A stretch of 46,481 nucleotides of DNA from the NCBI GenBank assembly GCA_023379125.1, contig JAMCSY010000006.1, forward strand, positions 1 to 46,481. Direction: 5' to 3'. The notes beneath the pieces were generated by a model, which was not told the DNA's origin, made no database searches, and saw only the letters and a list, made by a program, of their open reading frames with translations. Position numbers and translations under genes: made by a program. Numbering within the stretch: position 1 is the stretch's first letter; each line of letters opens with the position of its first letter. Below are positions 38,902 through 46,481 of this stretch, one piece after another. This DNA comes from Patescibacteria group bacterium. GTDB taxonomy: Bacteria > Patescibacteriota > Microgenomatia > Daviesbacterales > UBA10151.

Positions 38902-40683
38902 GTGAAATTAACCAGATTTGCTAAAGGTTCTAGAGCTTCAACACTACTAATTTTACTAGGTTTTATATTTTTCAATCTACTACTAAATTCCAACATTGTT
39001 ACCGAGCTTCTTAACAACAATCCTTTCCGAGTTTATGGAGGTGATGGGCAGTTGCTAGAATATCTCGCCGAAGTAACGAGGTTGAAGATTATCAGTGGTC
39101 AAAACCCTTTTGGGTATTTAAGTGGTTTATTTTATCCACTACAAGCGTCCTTAAATCTACAAGATATTGGCTTTGATAATGGATTTTGGTTTGTCATCTT
39201 CAGTCCCTTTCTTACAATTCATCAATCAATGAGCTTACTTTTATTAATTAACTTTTTTCTAGCGGAGGTGTTTACTTATCTACTGCTGAGAACTTTAAAA
39301 GTAGCCAGACCACTAGCTTTTATTTTTGCTTTAAGTTTTGCGTTTAGTCCAGCTTTTGTCTTTAGGATCAGAGGACATTTTCACTATCTTTACCACTTCC
39401 TTTACCCCTTATTAATTTGGTTGAGTTTGTTGATAGTAGAGGTTAAACAAAGATTCAAATTAGTAATTTTGAGTGTTTGTTTAGGTTTGAGTATGAGCTT
39501 ACTTTTCTTTGCTTCTGGCTATCTTTTAGTGATGTTTACCTTAGGTTTACTCTCTTTTGGATTATTGGAGTTGATGATTAATCGAGGAAGTATCTTATCC
39601 TGGTCAAGACAATTTGGCAAAAAATATCGCTATTTTGTTTTCGCAGGAATTATTTTTTTGGCTACGCTGAGTCCTTTAATTTGGGCAACTCTTCATACAC
39701 ACCCACCGATTGAAAATCGTCCCTCGCTTGATTATGGTGGAGCCAGGGCTTATGCAGCTAGGCCATGGGATATCTTTTTACCGAGTACTGATAACTTATT
39801 TTATGGAAATTTTTTCCAACTTGATTTTCCTTTTCATCCCCATTCTATTGAAGGAGTGATCTATCCCGGTATTCTGAGCTTTATTGGTTTAGTAATCTTC
39901 CTGTTTGGCAAGCTAGATAGAAGGAAATACCTTAGTGTATTTTTAAGCATTATCGTTTTTTATATCTTATCATGGGGACCAATGATTGATCTGAGTAAAT
40001 TAAGTGTTCCTTTATTGAGCAATTTTATTATTCCTTTGCCAGATATTATTTTAGCAAAATTACCAATCCTTTCGATGATGAGAGTACCTTCGCGTTATGG
40101 CATGCCACTAGTCTTTGTTAGTGTCATTTTGGCCGCCTTAGTTTTAAATCAAAAGTATCAAGCTAGCCAAAAATTTGCATCAATTTGCTTAGGTTTGTTT
40201 TTAGTTTTTTTAATTGATCAAAGTTATCAGATTCCCTTGGAAGTTTTTGACATGAATTTACCGGTTAACTCTTATCAAGTTATCAGACAGGATCACAGTA
40301 ACTTTGCAGTAATGCAAATTCCTTTTACCCTCCGAGATGGTTTTAACTACTTGGGTAGTGAGAGCGCTTTGGATTTTCATTATGGGCAATTGCTAACCCA
40401 AAAACCTTTTGTGGGAGGATACTTAAGCAGAGTTGGCCTGGATAAATTTGATTATTATCTGCAAAATCCAGCCTTGCACTATTTTACCTCAGCAATTGAT
40501 GTTAAACATCAGCATCCATATATCACAGACAATCAAACTGTTAGTCAATCCCTACAACATTTATCGATCAAATATATTTTAATACAAGGAAGTTTTTCTA
40601 AACTACAAGCACAAATGGCTCAACTAGGCTATCATCAGTTGCTCAGTGGAGACCATGGTTATAACCTATATGTACTAAATTAA
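38902..40683 (+). CDS. Multi-pass membrane protein, probable GT-C-fold (YfhO-like) glycosyltransferase
   Basis: Many TMs; first loop GGDG, AFSP..GH, YPG, MRVPSRY and a C-terminal soluble domain with GGYLSR. Start moved to GTG 38902. Confidence 0.65.
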   Translation: MKLTRFAKGSRASTLLILLGFIFFNLLLNSNIVTELLNNNPFRVYGGDGQLLEYLAEVTRLKIISGQNPFGYLSGLFYPLQASLNLQDIGFDNGFWFVIFSPFLTIHQSMSLLLLINFFLAEVFTYLLLRTLKVARPLAFIFALSFAFSPAFVFRIRGHFHYLYHFLYPLLIWLSLLIVEVKQRFKLVILSVCLGLSMSLLFFASGYLLVMFTLGLLSFGLLELMINRGSILSWSRQFGKKYRYFVFAGIIFLATLSPLIWATLHTHPPIENRPSLDYGGARAYAARPWDIFLPSTDNLFYGNFFQLDFPFHPHSIEGVIYPGILSFIGLVIFLFGKLDRRKYLSVFLSIIVFYILSWGPMIDLSKLSVPLLSNFIIPLPDIILAKLPILSMMRVPSRYGMPLVFVSVILAALVLNQKYQASQKFASICLGLFLVFLIDQSYQIPLEVFDMNLPVNSYQVIRQDHSNFAVMQIPFTLRDGFNYLGSESALDFHYGQLLTQKPFVGGYLSRVGLDKFDYYLQNPALHYFTSAIDVKHQHPYITDNQTVSQSLQHLSIKYILIQGSFSKLQAQMAQLGYHQLLSGDHGYNLYVLN

Positions 40684-41492
40684 GATGGGGTTGGAGTAGG
40701 TGTATCAGCAGATCCTTCGTTATAAGTGACCTTACGGGTAACAGTAGTTGTATTACCAGCGCTATCAGTAGCAGTAATAGAGATATAGTTATCACCATCA
40801 TTGAGAGTAAAAGTAGAAGAAAAATGGCCATCAGAATTAACAATGATTCGGATTCCATTGGCGCTGACAGTCACATCTTTGGATGAATCAGTGCTACCAG
40901 AGATAGTAATTCTTTTATCCCCTCCGTTCATCACCGTATTATCCTCAGGCTGGTCAATGTTTAATGTGGGTTTTTGATCATCAAAATTCAAAGGGATAGT
41001 TTTAGAAGGCAAGCTAGTATTACCCTGATCGTCCACAGTTTTGCCGTAGATATTATTAGTTCCTAAATTTAAGCTAATATCATCACTTTGAAAACTACCA
41101 TCTCCATGAGTATCAACAGTGGTTTTGAGATCATTATCGACATAAAGCTCAACTTTAGTAAAAGCCTGGGCGTAGCCACTGATTTTAATAGTTGCAGTAT
41201 TGGTGGCCTCATAGGGGATATTAAGGACTGGTGGTGCCAGTGTAGGAGTATCTGCTACTTGCTGGACAGTGGTAGTTTTAGGTTTGAAGGTGTTAATAAA
41301 AGATAAGCCTCCTACCAACGCGGGAATCAGCCATAAGAAAGCCACAATTAACAAAAAAGCTGAAATAATTGCGGTGACAATCAATTTATTACGTGATTTT
41401 CTTTCCAGGCGACGAGTGGTGAAACTTTTGAAGGTTGGTCTTTGGTAGGAAAAAGAGCGGGTTACCCTGCTCGATCGATTTCTGGTAGCCAT
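40680..41492 (-). CDS. Membrane-anchored protein with two bacterial Ig-like domains
   Basis: Basic N-terminus and TM. Repeats ISG..KVELYVD..DGSF..LNLGTNNI..D.GN and ISGST..NG..DGHF..LNDGDNYISITATDSAGN. Start moved to ATG 41492. Confidence 0.82.
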   Translation of the reverse strand: MATRNRSSRVTRSFSYQRPTFKSFTTRRLERKSRNKLIVTAIISAFLLIVAFLWLIPALVGGLSFINTFKPKTTTVQQVADTPTLAPPVLNIPYEATNTATIKISGYAQAFTKVELYVDNDLKTTVDTHGDGSFQSDDISLNLGTNNIYGKTVDDQGNTSLPSKTIPLNFDDQKPTLNIDQPEDNTVMNGGDKRITISGSTDSSKDVTVSANGIRIIVNSDGHFSSTFTLNDGDNYISITATDSAGNTTTVTRKVTYNEGSADTPTPTPS

Positions 41493-41575
41493 CTTTACAA
41501 TCATAACTCAGTTGTGAAAAATGTGGAAGATCTTACAAGGGCGGTAGGAGGAAAAGATACATATTTTTTAAGCAG

Positions 41576-41647
41576 AGCCGGTGGACGGAATCGGACCGTC
41601 AGTCTTTCCCTTACGAAGGGACTGCTTGACCATTAAGCTACACCGGC
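41576..41647 (-). tRNA. tRNA-Thr(CGT)
   Basis: Minus strand GCCGGTG/CACCGGC acceptor, GCTT..AAGC D arm, GTCCC-TTCGTAA-GGGAA anticodon arm, GACGG-TCCGATT-CCGTC T arm. Confidence 0.9.
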
Positions 41648-41741
41648 GATTGTATTTGTTAAGTACACCAACATTCCCTGATATTCTACAAGATCCTCAG
41701 CTGAATTGAAAATCTTAGTGGTAAAATTATTTTACTTTCTT

Positions 41742-43169
41742 ATGGATAAAAAATCTGTATTACCAGACAAACTGGCTTTTGTGGATATTGAAACCACTGG
41801 GGCAAGTCTAATCTTTGATCAAATTATTGAAATTGGAATTTTGCGGGTTGAACAGGGTAAATTGGTAAAAACCTATCATAGTTTAGTTGATCCAGGGCAT
41901 CAAATCCCTCCAGAGATTACTCTACTGACTGGAATTTCTCAGTCAGAGTTAGAAAAAGCCCCTACCTTTACTCATATTAAAGATGAGGTGTGGGAGATAT
42001 TAAAGGATTGTGTTTTTGTAGCGCATAATGCTCGTTTTGATTATGGTTTTCTTAAGAATACTTTCCGGAAATATAATTTGGATTTTTCTGCCAAACAGCT
42101 TTGTACAGTGAAGCTATCAAGAAAATTGTACCCACAATATCTTAAACACAATTTAGATAGTTTGATAGAGAGACATCAAATTAACTGTCCGAATCGGCAC
42201 CGGGCTTTAGATGATGCTCGAGTAATTTTTGAGTTTTATCAAAAAATACAACAAACTTTTGCTACGCAAATTCTACAGCAAGCAATTTCCTCACTTTTGA
42301 AGCAACCCTCGATTCCAGTGAATTTAGAAAAAGAAGTTATAGACCGTTTACCAGCTGGGCCAGGGGTTTATATCTTTTATGCTGATAAAGTGCCAATTTA
42401 TGTAGGTAAAAGTCTGCATATTAAAGAAAGGGTGATGTCTCATTTTTCCGCAGATTTAAGATCAAATAAAGAGTTAAATATTACCCAGCAGATCACTTCA
42501 GTACAGGTTGTTCAATGTGCAGGGGAACTGGGTAGTTTAATTAAGGAATCACAACTAATTAAAAGTTTTCAGCCAGTCTATAATCGCCGTAGTAAATCAG
42601 CTAGCAAAATTACTATTCTCAAAATAATTGAAACTGAGCAAGGCTATCTCAGCTTGCAGCTGGTGGATGTGCCAGAAATTGAGATTACTGATTTGGGCCA
42701 GATTGGTGGCATGTTTAAAAACAGGCGAGCGGCGAAAGATTTTTTAGTTAGTATTGTTAGACAACATCAACTTTGTGAAAAGTTGTTAGGTTTACAGAAG
42801 ACTAAACAGGAATGCTTTAGCTATCAATTAGGTAGGTGTTTGGGGGCATGTTTAGGCAAGGAAAAGCCAGACAAATATAATCAAAGGTTTTTACAGGCTA
42901 TAAATACCAGTAGAGTCAAACCTTGGCCATTTCAAACTCCAGTAATGGTTACAGAAAAGGATTATCAGGCAGAGCTGGAAGAATCATTGGTTTTTGATCA
43001 ATGGTCTTATCTTGGTTCGGTTGTAAGTGATGGAGAATTGGTAAACTTTCATCGAGAAACACTTTCTTTTAATCGGGAAATCTATCAAATTTTAAACTCT
43101 TACTTAAAAAAACCCAAAGCGATCAAGATTGAATTTATTCAGCCTGAGATGCTTGAGCAATTGGCCTAA
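41742..43169 (+). CDS. DEDDh (DnaQ-like) exonuclease fused to a GIY-YIG (Cho/UvrC N-terminal-like) nuclease
   Basis: VDIETTG, VAHNARFD and HRALDDA; PGVYIF..IYVGKS..RVMSHF; Cys cluster LCEKLLG..CFSYQLGRCLGAC. Start moved to ATG 41742. Confidence 0.9.
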   Translation: MDKKSVLPDKLAFVDIETTGASLIFDQIIEIGILRVEQGKLVKTYHSLVDPGHQIPPEITLLTGISQSELEKAPTFTHIKDEVWEILKDCVFVAHNARFDYGFLKNTFRKYNLDFSAKQLCTVKLSRKLYPQYLKHNLDSLIERHQINCPNRHRALDDARVIFEFYQKIQQTFATQILQQAISSLLKQPSIPVNLEKEVIDRLPAGPGVYIFYADKVPIYVGKSLHIKERVMSHFSADLRSNKELNITQQITSVQVVQCAGELGSLIKESQLIKSFQPVYNRRSKSASKITILKIIETEQGYLSLQLVDVPEIEITDLGQIGGMFKNRRAAKDFLVSIVRQHQLCEKLLGLQKTKQECFSYQLGRCLGACLGKEKPDKYNQRFLQAINTSRVKPWPFQTPVMVTEKDYQAELEESLVFDQWSYLGSVVSDGELVNFHRETLSFNREIYQILNSYLKKPKAIKIEFIQPEMLEQLA

Positions 43170-43745
43170 CTACTTCCAGAGATTTTTAACTAGTTGCAGA
43201 TAGATGGGGTAAAAAGAATAAATCAGATAAAAGTTAACTGCTAGTAGGCCTGGAAAAACTAATAATCTTTCTATCCAACCACCAGTTTTGATTCTTAAAG
43301 CAGCCAAAGGTGGAATTCCTAAGTGAAAAGGAATCGGGAAAAACCATGGTACCCCCTCGGTGGTAAAAGTATCCATAATCAGATGAGAAACAAAGCCAAT
43401 CATAAAAGCCCACCAGGCTAAGCTCATATCTACCAAGATGGTTTGTCCCAAAAGGTTGAGTAAATATCTGCTCAATAATCCAAAGAAGATTATCCCCAAA
43501 ATTGAATGAGATAAAGTGCGGTGGTGTCCTAGAAAAGGATGGGCAATTTTACCAATTAAAGAACCAGCTGGGATCTTATGCCACAGGCTGGAGGTAGGTT
43601 GATCCAAATCTGGAGCTAAACCTCCAATAGTACAGGCACCAATAGAAAAAATGGCTGTGGAAAAGGAAAAATCAGGCAATGGTGTAGTGATGATTACTAA
43701 ATTAAGGGCAGTCAAGGCTGCCAGATCATGGGTTCTGCCAGTCAT
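43170..43745 (-). CDS. YdjM-like membrane-bound metal-dependent hydrolase
   Basis: MTGRTH, PDLD, HRTLSHS and SHLIMDTFTTEGVP motifs. Confidence 0.9.
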   Translation of the reverse strand: MTGRTHDLAALTALNLVIITTPLPDFSFSTAIFSIGACTIGGLAPDLDQPTSSLWHKIPAGSLIGKIAHPFLGHHRTLSHSILGIIFFGLLSRYLLNLLGQTILVDMSLAWWAFMIGFVSHLIMDTFTTEGVPWFFPIPFHLGIPPLAALRIKTGGWIERLLVFPGLLAVNFYLIYSFYPIYLQLVKNLWK

Positions 43746-43767
43746 TTGCTTAGTTTACCATAAATTT

Positions 43768-45081
43768 TTAGGCAGGTGGAGTTTCTGCTGGAGAGGGAGA
43801 AGGGTTTTCTAACTCAGGAGTAGGAGTGGGGAGAATCTCTGGAGTTGGAGTGGGTTGGGGAGAAGGTTCTGGTGTGGGACTTGGGTCTGGTTGAGTTTGA
43901 GCAGAAGTGCTAGCTTCTGTTGGGTTATCTTGTTGGTCAGGTGTGTTACTACCAGTAACTGGTAGATAATCAGGAGCAGTTGGGTCGTTAGCTGAGAGGT
44001 TAGCGCTACCTGGTGTGCCATAGTTTTGTGTATTTGGTCCATCCCAAAAAGTAGTTGAGGTACAACCAACGCTTGAGCAAGTATGCCAGCTATTTGTCAG
44101 TAGGCCATCACCTGGAGAGTCGTTTCTTTCCATAGACTGATGTAAAGGACTAGCGCCTGTTTGGTTGATACCCGCTGGCCAAGTCGATGAGCCTAGAGCC
44201 TGGTCAATAACTTGATTATTTTGGTCTTTTAGTATCAAATTGCCATTGTCGGAATTTAACAACTCCAGACTATTGTTGACTACATCAACACTCACACTTA
44301 AGGCAGTATTACTACTAGTCTCTGGGTTATTAGCAATGAGGAAAAATCCCTGAGCAGAGATAGTTTTACTGGCAGGGATTTGGATTTGATCGTTACCAGA
44401 GTGTTTGGCCTTATCGATAGTCCATTGCCCAATATCAATATCGTGATCTGTAGTGTTTCTTAGTTCAATCCACTCATCAGCGGTAGAAACTGATGAGCCC
44501 ATCCACATTATTTCATTAATTACCACATCTCCAGGATTTATCTGATCTGGATTATCTGCTGGGTTATCACCAGGGGTGGGGGTAGGGGTAGAACTGGTTT
44601 CCTGATCGGCACTGCTATCTACAGTTAATTTCCAGGTATTAGACCAAGGAGACCAACTAGTCCCATTTACCAGGGCCCTCACATGCCAGAAATAGACTCC
44701 ATCAGGAAGATTTTGAATGGCGAGATATGATTGTGTTAACTGGTCTATAGCATTAATTGGGGACTGAAAGTGTTCGTCAGCGGTATAAGTTTTGGTATGA
44801 GTTGCTTCATAGTAAAATTGAACTGTGAGGTTAGGATTTCCTTCTAAAGAATAACTCCAATCCATTGCTGGATTATTTAGCCAATCAGAACCAGGGGTAG
44901 CTAGATAATCATCAGCAGGGGAGATAAGTTGTGGTTTTTCCCACAACCCAGTAGAAACAGAGTTCCCAGAGATTGTATTACTGGTAGTAAAGTAAGCCTG
45001 AGTTAACTGTACCCCCGGTAAAGCAAGGACAATTACCAGGGCAAATAATTTTAATGTGAGATTTTTGAAAACTTTAGCCAT
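43768..45081 (-). CDS. SipW-substrate surface protein: TasA-type N-terminal peptide, Ig/FN3-like domain, lamin-tail domain, Pro/Thr-rich tail
   Basis: TQA|YFTTSNTISGNSVSTGLW; GVYFWHVRA..WSPWS; VVINEIMW..DEWIELRN..DIGQW..GTPG..N. GGTGAGGT SD before ATG 45081. Confidence 0.82.
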   Translation of the reverse strand: MAKVFKNLTLKLFALVIVLALPGVQLTQAYFTTSNTISGNSVSTGLWEKPQLISPADDYLATPGSDWLNNPAMDWSYSLEGNPNLTVQFYYEATHTKTYTADEHFQSPINAIDQLTQSYLAIQNLPDGVYFWHVRALVNGTSWSPWSNTWKLTVDSSADQETSSTPTPTPGDNPADNPDQINPGDVVINEIMWMGSSVSTADEWIELRNTTDHDIDIGQWTIDKAKHSGNDQIQIPASKTISAQGFFLIANNPETSSNTALSVSVDVVNNSLELLNSDNGNLILKDQNNQVIDQALGSSTWPAGINQTGASPLHQSMERNDSPGDGLLTNSWHTCSSVGCTSTTFWDGPNTQNYGTPGSANLSANDPTAPDYLPVTGSNTPDQQDNPTEASTSAQTQPDPSPTPEPSPQPTPTPEILPTPTPELENPSPSPAETPPA

Positions 45082-45676
45082 TTTGGACCTCACCGAGTTT
45101 TTTATGAACTCTTTTTTGAACCTCCTCTTCAATCCCCTGTTTGATTTTGATAATCTGCAAAATTACTAAAATTAGTGCAGGTATTCCCACAATTAAGATA
45201 AAACCCAACCTGGTTTTTAACATTTCCGCAGGATATCCCAGGTAGGGAATTGAACTAGTATACTTGCCTTTAACCAAACTGGCTGGTACTTGCCAAGCAT
45301 CCGGGCTTTGATTGTTATCTCCTTTAGTTATGAAAAAGAGATTAGCTCCATCGTTTTGCACCTGGTAGATCCGATGGATCACAGTTTTAGTTGAATCAGT
45401 TGGTTCTACAAAGGCAATTATTTCTCCAGATTGGAGAGTTGTTGTGTCAGTAGATTGAACTAAAGCAACAGAGCCAGTCTGAATAGTTGGTTCCATTGAA
45501 CCACTTGCTACCACATATAAAGCTCCTTTGTCTTTGGTGGGTAAGAGTGGTGACAAAACCACCACAAAAATAAATAAAATGATAGCAAAAATTAACCACT
45601 CTAATATCTTAGCTACTAAATTTAAGCTTTTTTTCATCTTAGTTAAGTTATTATCTGGAGGCATGATTTTATTCAT
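45074..45676 (-). CDS. sipW: SipW-type (S26B, Ser-His) signal peptidase I
   Basis: VVASGSMEPTI.TG, VIHRI, TKGDNNQSPD and IPYLGY motifs plus C-terminal TM. Exact start uncertain. Confidence 0.92.
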   Translation of the reverse strand: MNKIMPPDNNLTKMKKSLNLVAKILEWLIFAIILFIFVVVLSPLLPTKDKGALYVVASGSMEPTIQTGSVALVQSTDTTTLQSGEIIAFVEPTDSTKTVIHRIYQVQNDGANLFFITKGDNNQSPDAWQVPASLVKGKYTSSIPYLGYPAEMLKTRLGFILIVGIPALILVILQIIKIKQGIEEEVQKRVHKKLGEVQNG

Positions 45677-45697
45677 GCCACCAGTAATAGCTCAAGC

Positions 45698-46267
45698 CTA
45701 TTGATGTTGAGTCCCGGTGATTACGAAAGTCACACCAGTAAGTGTCTTGTTTTCCAAGGCATTTCCTATAGGACCACCACCTAGCGGGTAGTCATATGGC
45801 ATACGTACATAACCTTCAAAATTGCGAGTATCACCTCGTGCAATTGAATTGCTGGTTAATGCGATGTTCCCGTTATACCATTCAGAGAGTCTTCTCCACC
45901 CCGTATCATAATTGTTTGATTGATCGATGACTCTGAGCTGAATCACATCTTTCAATTCATTCCAGTTTCCTGGAGCTGAAGTTAAGCTAGCACTGATATC
46001 TAGACCAAAATCCCCGTTACTATTATTTGTAAGATTAAAGGTAGCGTGCTTATCTTCACTGACTCCATAGCCTGGAAATATATTTTCAGTTGCTCCACCA
46101 CCTGATAGCGCAAGGTCTTGTTGGCCATTAATTAATAAGTCAGCAGTTGCTGAAGTTATGTTTAAACCGCTAACAGTAGCATTGTCAAAAAATAATGCAT
46201 AAGCTGTGCCCACAACTACGGCTACCACTAGGGCTAGTCCTAAGAAACCGCTAAATATTTTTCTCAT
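45698..46267 (-). CDS. TasA/CalY (camelysin)-like SipW-dependent secreted subunit
   Basis: GTAYA|LFFDNATVSGLNITSATADL, NIFPG, FNLTN, GNALENKT and C-terminal FVITGTQ; strong SD GAGGGGGTGAG. Confidence 0.82.
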   Translation of the reverse strand: MRKIFSGFLGLALVVAVVVGTAYALFFDNATVSGLNITSATADLLINGQQDLALSGGGATENIFPGYGVSEDKHATFNLTNNSNGDFGLDISASLTSAPGNWNELKDVIQLRVIDQSNNYDTGWRRLSEWYNGNIALTSNSIARGDTRNFEGYVRMPYDYPLGGGPIGNALENKTLTGVTFVITGTQHQ

Positions 46268-46292
46268 TTTCTCACCCCCTCTGTTTTAAAAT

Positions 46293-46481
46293 TTATACTT
46301 GCTTATCGAGTTTGATTAGCTCTTCACCAATCTTTTCTTCAATTTTTTCACTAGTATTTAATTTCCTTCTCTTTCTTTCCGCTAAAAGTTTAACTGTTTC
46401 ATTTTTAATATTCATTAACTCTGAGTAAACAATAATCGTGGCTGGGATAATGACTAATAGAATAAATCCAGTTGGTGTTTT
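46293..46481 (-). CDS. 3' end of a second SipW-type signal peptidase (partial; not in the ORF track)
   Basis: Open frame from the window edge: KTPTGFILLVIIPATIIVYSELMNIKNE...LDKQV*, paralleling KTRLGFILIVGIPALILVILQIIKIK of the SipW at 45074-45676. Confidence 0.75.
   Translation of the reverse strand, partial: KTPTGFILLVIIPATIIVYSELMNIKNETVKLLAERKRRKLNTSEKIEEKIGEELIKLDKQV

Noticed and set aside
41442-41636. 64-aa plus-strand ORF
   Set aside because: Antisense to tRNA-Thr and to the start of the Ig-domain gene.
43780-43900. GGAGT/GGTGT-rich quasi-repeats
   Set aside because: Explained by the Pro/Thr/Ser-rich coding tail on the minus strand.
528-44069. Short ORF-track entries nested in or antisense to long genes (e.g. 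528-773, 4765-4956, 7368-7679, 8531-8803, 10325-10574, 13495-13698, 15444-15773, 19974-20177, 21461-21679, 25027-25236, 26720-26989, 28574-29329, 34477-34936, 40643-41306, 43809-44069)
   Set aside because: They overlap well-supported genes in another frame or strand and have no motifs; shadow ORFs.

Overview
Chromosomal window from a low-GC bacterium. The gene content and motif variants point to Patescibacteria/CPR, most likely Microgenomates (inference). In order it holds: (i) a surface-glycan cluster (partial GT-C gene, three GT4s, one GT2, a priming phosphoglycosyltransferase and a DUF4012-like protein); (ii) recO, glyQS and membrane-anchored hypotheticals; (iii) a reduced, motif-divergent dcw cluster (mraZ, ftsL, ftsI, murE, truncated murB-like, murF, mraY, inserted cupredoxin, ftsW, murG, ftsQ, ftsA, ftsZ; no rsmH, murC, murD or ddl); (iv) ileS, rodA, rplU, rpmA, parB, lepB and tRNA-Val(CAC); (v) a large secreted M23 peptidase; (vi) a second glycan cluster (wzx, GT4, O-antigen-ligase-like, GT-C-like); (vii) tRNA-Thr(CGT), a DEDDh-GIY-YIG fusion and a YdjM-like gene; (viii) at the right edge, a minus-strand operon with two SipW-type signal peptidases, a TasA-like subunit and a SipW-substrate lamin-tail-domain protein. 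That operon is a candidate TasA/bundling-pilus-type fibre system and is the best candidate for an undescribed system here. Other notable signals: an apparent leaderless-mRNA architecture at 11 genes, two decayed palindromic elements fused to the mraZ and ftsL stop codons, a 34-aa ORF in the rsmH slot, a perfect 56-bp tandem duplication at the ftsQ 3' end, and a possible autoproteolytic H-M-S motif in the M23 protein. No CRISPR array, rRNA, integrase or transposase was seen. All protein calls come from motif recognition by eye; no database searches were run.
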